A stretch of DNA of 63,727 bases, counting the filler, from Sphacelaria rigidula (lineage: Eukaryota), in assembly GCA_964200075.2 (NCBI GenBank). It is 6 parts of 6 records of this genome, joined end to end, with 100 filler letters (N's around TTAATTAATTAA, not from the genome) between each part and the next. Parts side by side here need not be neighbours in the genome. Positions count along the whole stretch, not along the records: positions 53,192 to 63,727 come from CAXNAA020006320.1; 5 more parts are not named here. The stretch is one strand, 5' to 3'. Below, one piece after another: positions 59,900 to 63,727 of the stretch (position 1 is the stretch's first letter; each line of letters opens with the position of its first letter). The position numbers and the translations under genes are program-made. The notes under the pieces were generated by a model that was not told the origin of the DNA, did not search any database, and saw only the letters and a program-made list of their open reading frames with translations.

Positions 59900-62800
59900 A
59901 CGCCCATGGTTATGCGGGAAGAGTTGCGACCTCCCTAATACGGCGATAGGTACTCCGAGAGTGCGTCTCGCACTTTCTACACCAAGTCCTTGGAGTACAA
60001 AAAGGCGTGGGGAGCACGCTAACGCAGGGTGTGCTGTGCGACATCAGGTGGTGTAGATGGTTCAACAAGTGCCGACGAGAGTGTTTGCTCGTGTGGAACA
60101 TGATGAGAGCACAATCATCCCGCTGCAATTGATTGCGGCGATCAAAAAGCATGCTGGGCATGCGGTGGGCGCCGGGGTGGAGCTGATCCAAGCGTCCGTG
60201 GCCGTGGCGAAAGCTGTCGCCGTGGAGTCTCGGGAAAAGACAGTGCTAGAGCGGGTGGAGCCAGTCTTGTCCAATCTGGAGAAGTACTCCACAGAAAATC
60301 CGAACGCTGAACTAGTTTATATCGTTCCCCCACTGGTAAGTTCATTCCCGGCCCAGCTGCAGTAATCACCAAGGCTTTGGTGGAGGGGTTGGCGCCGAAA
60401 ATATTACAGCAAGCCGTGCTTGTCAAGTTGCAGCACGAGACAAAATGGCAGGCCGACCTCTACTTGGTAATGGACACCGTCGTGGCGGAGGCCAAGGAGT
60501 GGCGGAAGATAGAGATGTTTGGCCTGTCGTCCACCTCCACGCCGAAGTCTTTGCGCCACCACGGCTTGAAATCGGCCGGCCGGTCCACCACCATCACTTG
60601 CCACCGCTGAGGCCATGTCGGCCATTACACGCGCGATTGCCCAACGTCTTCCGGTGGGGAGTTTGGGCAGTTTCATAACACGCGCCATCAGCATCGTCAG
60701 CACAAGGGCAAAGGATGAGGTCATCGGGTAGGTGGCGGCGGCGAACTCTCCGGCGGTGGAGGGTCGCAGTCGAGCTCGCAGCAGTAGCAGCAGGGGCAGC
60801 GGCGTCAGCATGGGTCTGGTTCTGGGTCCGGCGCCACCGAAGGTGCTGCTGCTCCGCAACGGGTGGTGCAGGTGGGACCGACATCTACAGTGTCGGACAC
60901 TTCGCCGGCGCCGGCAGCCGCACCGTGCGTGACGCCTGCTGATGCGCTGGTCGGAGTCTCGCCAAATTCTTGGTCTGCTGGCTGGAGGTCGTACTGGCCG
61001 GCGGTGCCGTTTGAACCTGCCCGAGCGTCTTCGCCTGCGCGGCCTGCACAGCTTACGCAGCCTACGCAGCCGTGGCGTCACGTGGGATTAGTGGCGCATC
61101 GGTCGGCGGATGAAGTGTCAGTGGAACTTGCGGACAAGTATGTTCCTGCGGAGCTGTGTCTTTCAAATCAAAGCGAGCGTGGAGCCATTGCGGTTCGAGC
61201 TGTGTTGGATTCTGGCGCCCACTTCACGAGTCATGTGAGTCCGTCGGTGAAAATTGTAGAGATGTTGAAGCGTCTTCTCCCGGGTATGCCGCTGAGCATT
61301 CCGTTTTCGCTCGGGGCGCGGCAGGCCGTCACCGCGTCGGGTCAGCATGTTTCCGTCACGGTGAGTACTGTTCCGCGGCAGCTTGCTTTCACGACTTCCT
61401 GGGGGCCGGCGCCGTTGCCTCCGATCTCGTTTGCGATCATGCCGGGATCGGATGGCGTCATTCTTCTGGGGTTGCCGACGCTTCAGGATTTTGGAGTCGA
61501 CCCGTATGCGCGGTTGTGGGACCCTATGAAGACGCGGATGTCTCCGCCTAGTCCGCGCTTGAAGACGCCCGCCGTTTTGGGCAGTGGTCGCGTGAGCTTG
61601 TCGGTGTATGCTTTTCAGGAGGCTGGGGGCAGATGACGGAGGAGCGGGATGAGGCGGTGGAAGGCTTGTTGGAGCGCGGCCCGGACATGTTCATGAATCC
61701 GGCGGAAGAAGAGTCCGCTTGGAAGATCGCGCTGGAGGAGAGCGTGACGGATGCAATGGCCAAAGGCCTCAGCGTCTCAAACGCGGAGCGCCTGCGCGGC
61801 ATCTTGCATCGCCGCGTCATCGCGTTTCGTCGTGTGCTGCGGGGTGATCCCCTTGCGCGCGTGGAGCCCATGTGTGTTCAGCTAAAACCTGGCGGGTCTA
61901 CGGTGAAGACGAAGCCGCGGTGGACAAATGCCGAGATAGCCCCCCCACAAAAAGGGCTTGAGACGTCCGACAAACCGGCTGAGATCCCACTGCTGGGCTC
62001 GTTTGCAGCAATTTCGCCCACATGAGAGGTGTGCAGCAACCCAAAATCAGCTATAACGCCTAAATGACTCTTGTCGTGCAGCACGAGACCAGCTTTGACG
62101 GCATTTATGGTCATCGCCTCCGTGCACTTTTTTGGCCAGTTCGGGAGGAGGCTATCTCGGCAGTAGTCGGCGGTACGATCCGGTGAAGTCGAGTTGGTTG
62201 ATGTCGTGCTTGGCGGCTCTTTTGGCGCTCGGGTTGATGTTTCGGAACTCGCAGGCGGTGTGGTCCAGTCCAGCTATGGCGACCTGTAAGCGACTACAAG
62301 GCCGTGAATGAGCAGGTTGCGAAGTCATCGGGTGTGATGCCCAAAAAAGAGTCGGACATGCTTGATTTGTTGGGTGCTCGTTTAGAGACTGTTGGTTTGT
62401 TTGCGGCTGCGCACAACAGTACTTTTTTCGCTAGTAAACTCGTGTGGTGTCGGAAAGTGTGCTCACACGGACGCGTATCTCATGACTCTGTCAGGTTGCA
62501 AGGCTTGTCTGTCAGACATGCGGCACCGGGGGGCGGCCGCAGAACTCATGCAATTCCTTTAGGCAATGAATTGACTGCGTACCTCGTTGCCGCGTATGAC
62601 AGCAATCGTATCTTTCTTGTGGTGTTTCCCCGAAGAACTCATGGCGGGTGCTGCGAGGCGGACAAAGCGTGTGGCAGAAAACTGCGCTATTCCGTCTGCA
62701 TCGTGGACGGAGGGCAGGCTGCAGGCGTGGGTAGCGAAGGATCTGGTGGCTCATGCCGTGACGGTGTTCCATCCTCGTTCTGATTGCCAGGTGTTAATGC

Positions 62801-63427
62801 CTCCGGATGCATCTGAGTACAATTGAGGTAGTTTTGTCACACAGGTGCCTGAAGCTAAAATGCAACGACGCTTGCCAGTCGAGGATATGACTCATGAACC
62901 GCTGGCTTTCCTCAGTGGTAGTTTCAGGGATTCGCAGGTGCGTTGGGCCAGAATTGACAAGAAAGGTTTTGCCATCGTGAGCACTTTTCGTCGCTTGGGG
63001 CATCTTTTGTGGGATGGCGTGCGCATTTTCACGCATCACCGAAATCTCGTGTATATTTTCAACCCGGAAACGTGCGTTGCGTCCGTGTCGAAGGCGTTGG
63101 CACAGCGTTCGCAGGGTTGGAAAGGTGTTCTTGGCCAGTATCGTCACTCGGTTTGCCATATTTCGGATGATCGTAACGCGTGGGGTGACTTGGTTTCACG
63201 TTGGATGAATATTCTGACTTTCTCTTTGCGTGCTGGGTCTGGGTATGGTCCGTGTGAACCTGATGACTCGATGCCGTCCAAACCTGTTGTCCAAAGAGCG
63301 CAACGGAAAGACCTTGGGACCGAAGATGCGGATGTTCAATCTTTCGAGTCGGACGTTGGTACTACTACCTTGGACAAGGGAGGTCTGTTTCGTTTGTATG
63401 TGCGTGGCCGAAACGTTTTTTGGGTTC
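59900..63427 (+). mobile_element. Ty3/Gypsy relic (gag, zinc knuckle, protease, core-deleted RT, RNase H, start of integrase)
   Basis: Knuckle CHR*GHVGHYTRDCP (~60599), protease VLDSGA (~61203), RNase H PDASEY...PLAFLSGSF...FTHHRNL...RNAWGDLVSRW. Interrupted by M1 at 61923 and M2 at 63428. Confidence 0.9.
61923..62168. mobile_element. MITE family M1 (246 bp), TSD GGTG/GGCG
   Basis: TIRs GACAAATGCCGAGATAGCCCCCC ... GGCTATCTCGGCAGTAGTC. Removing the element and one TSD restores the Gypsy frame KPR(R/W)YDPVK. Confidence 0.9.
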
Positions 63428-63692
63428 GACATTTTCTATGATAGCTCCCCCCCTCAAAACCAGCCCAAAAGCGTCACGGAAAAAATGGTCATACAGCGCC
63501 TGATTTTTGGGTTCAGGCTACATGAAGCGCCTCATATGGGCGACATTGGCGAGAACGAACCCAATCGTGGGAATTCGCAGCTGCTCGTTGTGCTCGGGTT
63601 TTTTGCATCTTGATCTACGTGAAGATTTTCCCTTCCCAAACCTGGCACTTTGGGGGGGGGGGGGGGGGGGGGGGCCGATGTGGTTTCTTGTC
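63428..63692. mobile_element. MITE family M2, near full length (~265 bp)
   Basis: Left end GACATTTTCTATGATAGCTCCCCCC. The right end is a G-run ending TGTC (low quality). Flanks are GTTC/TTTC. Confidence 0.75.
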
Positions 63693-63727
63693 TTTCTTTT
63701 TTGGAAAGTCATCACGCATGCCTTTAG

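Noticed and set aside
1-63727. RNA-guided nuclease (Fanzor/TnpB/IscB), giant-virus or bacterial contaminant genes
   Set aside because: No RuvC/HNH motifs, viral hallmark genes or operon-like intronless gene runs were recognised in any frame.

Overview
Eukaryotic, intron-rich, repeat-dense DNA, most likely from a brown alga (Phaeophyceae). This assignment is inferred from the 5S rRNA sequence, gene architecture and TTAGGG tracts. The window is not one locus. It is six unrelated ~10.5-kb contigs (10540, 10539, 10538, 10537, 10537 and 10536 bp, in decreasing length) joined by 100-nt N44-TTAATTAATTAA-N44 linkers. Contig 1 holds a complete 6-exon RPL24 gene (minus), head-to-head with the first two exons of a mitochondrial-carrier-family gene, plus a partial 5S rRNA copy. 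Contig 2 is repeats and a decayed Academ(X)-like DNA transposon (transposase + XPG/PIN-like nuclease + Cys cluster). Contig 3 is nested LTR-retrotransposon debris, a tRNA-headed SINE, MITEs and a 377-bp near-perfect inverted duplication. Contig 4 has an orphan germin/spherulin-like cupin exon and a stand-alone tandem array of 13 5S rRNA genes/pseudogenes (~261-bp unit) with interleaved variants and a spacer that can fold into a hairpin. Contig 5 has eight exons of a very long coiled-coil protein with 53-aa tandem repeats. Contig 6 has Gypsy and Copia relics. The best leads are the short-period 5S array, the Academ-like relic, two sister MITE families sharing a GAC-N9-GATAGCCCCCC end signature with 4-bp TSDs, and two independent in-frame deletions of the RT catalytic core in related Gypsy copies. 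Most ORFs in the supplied track are spurious.
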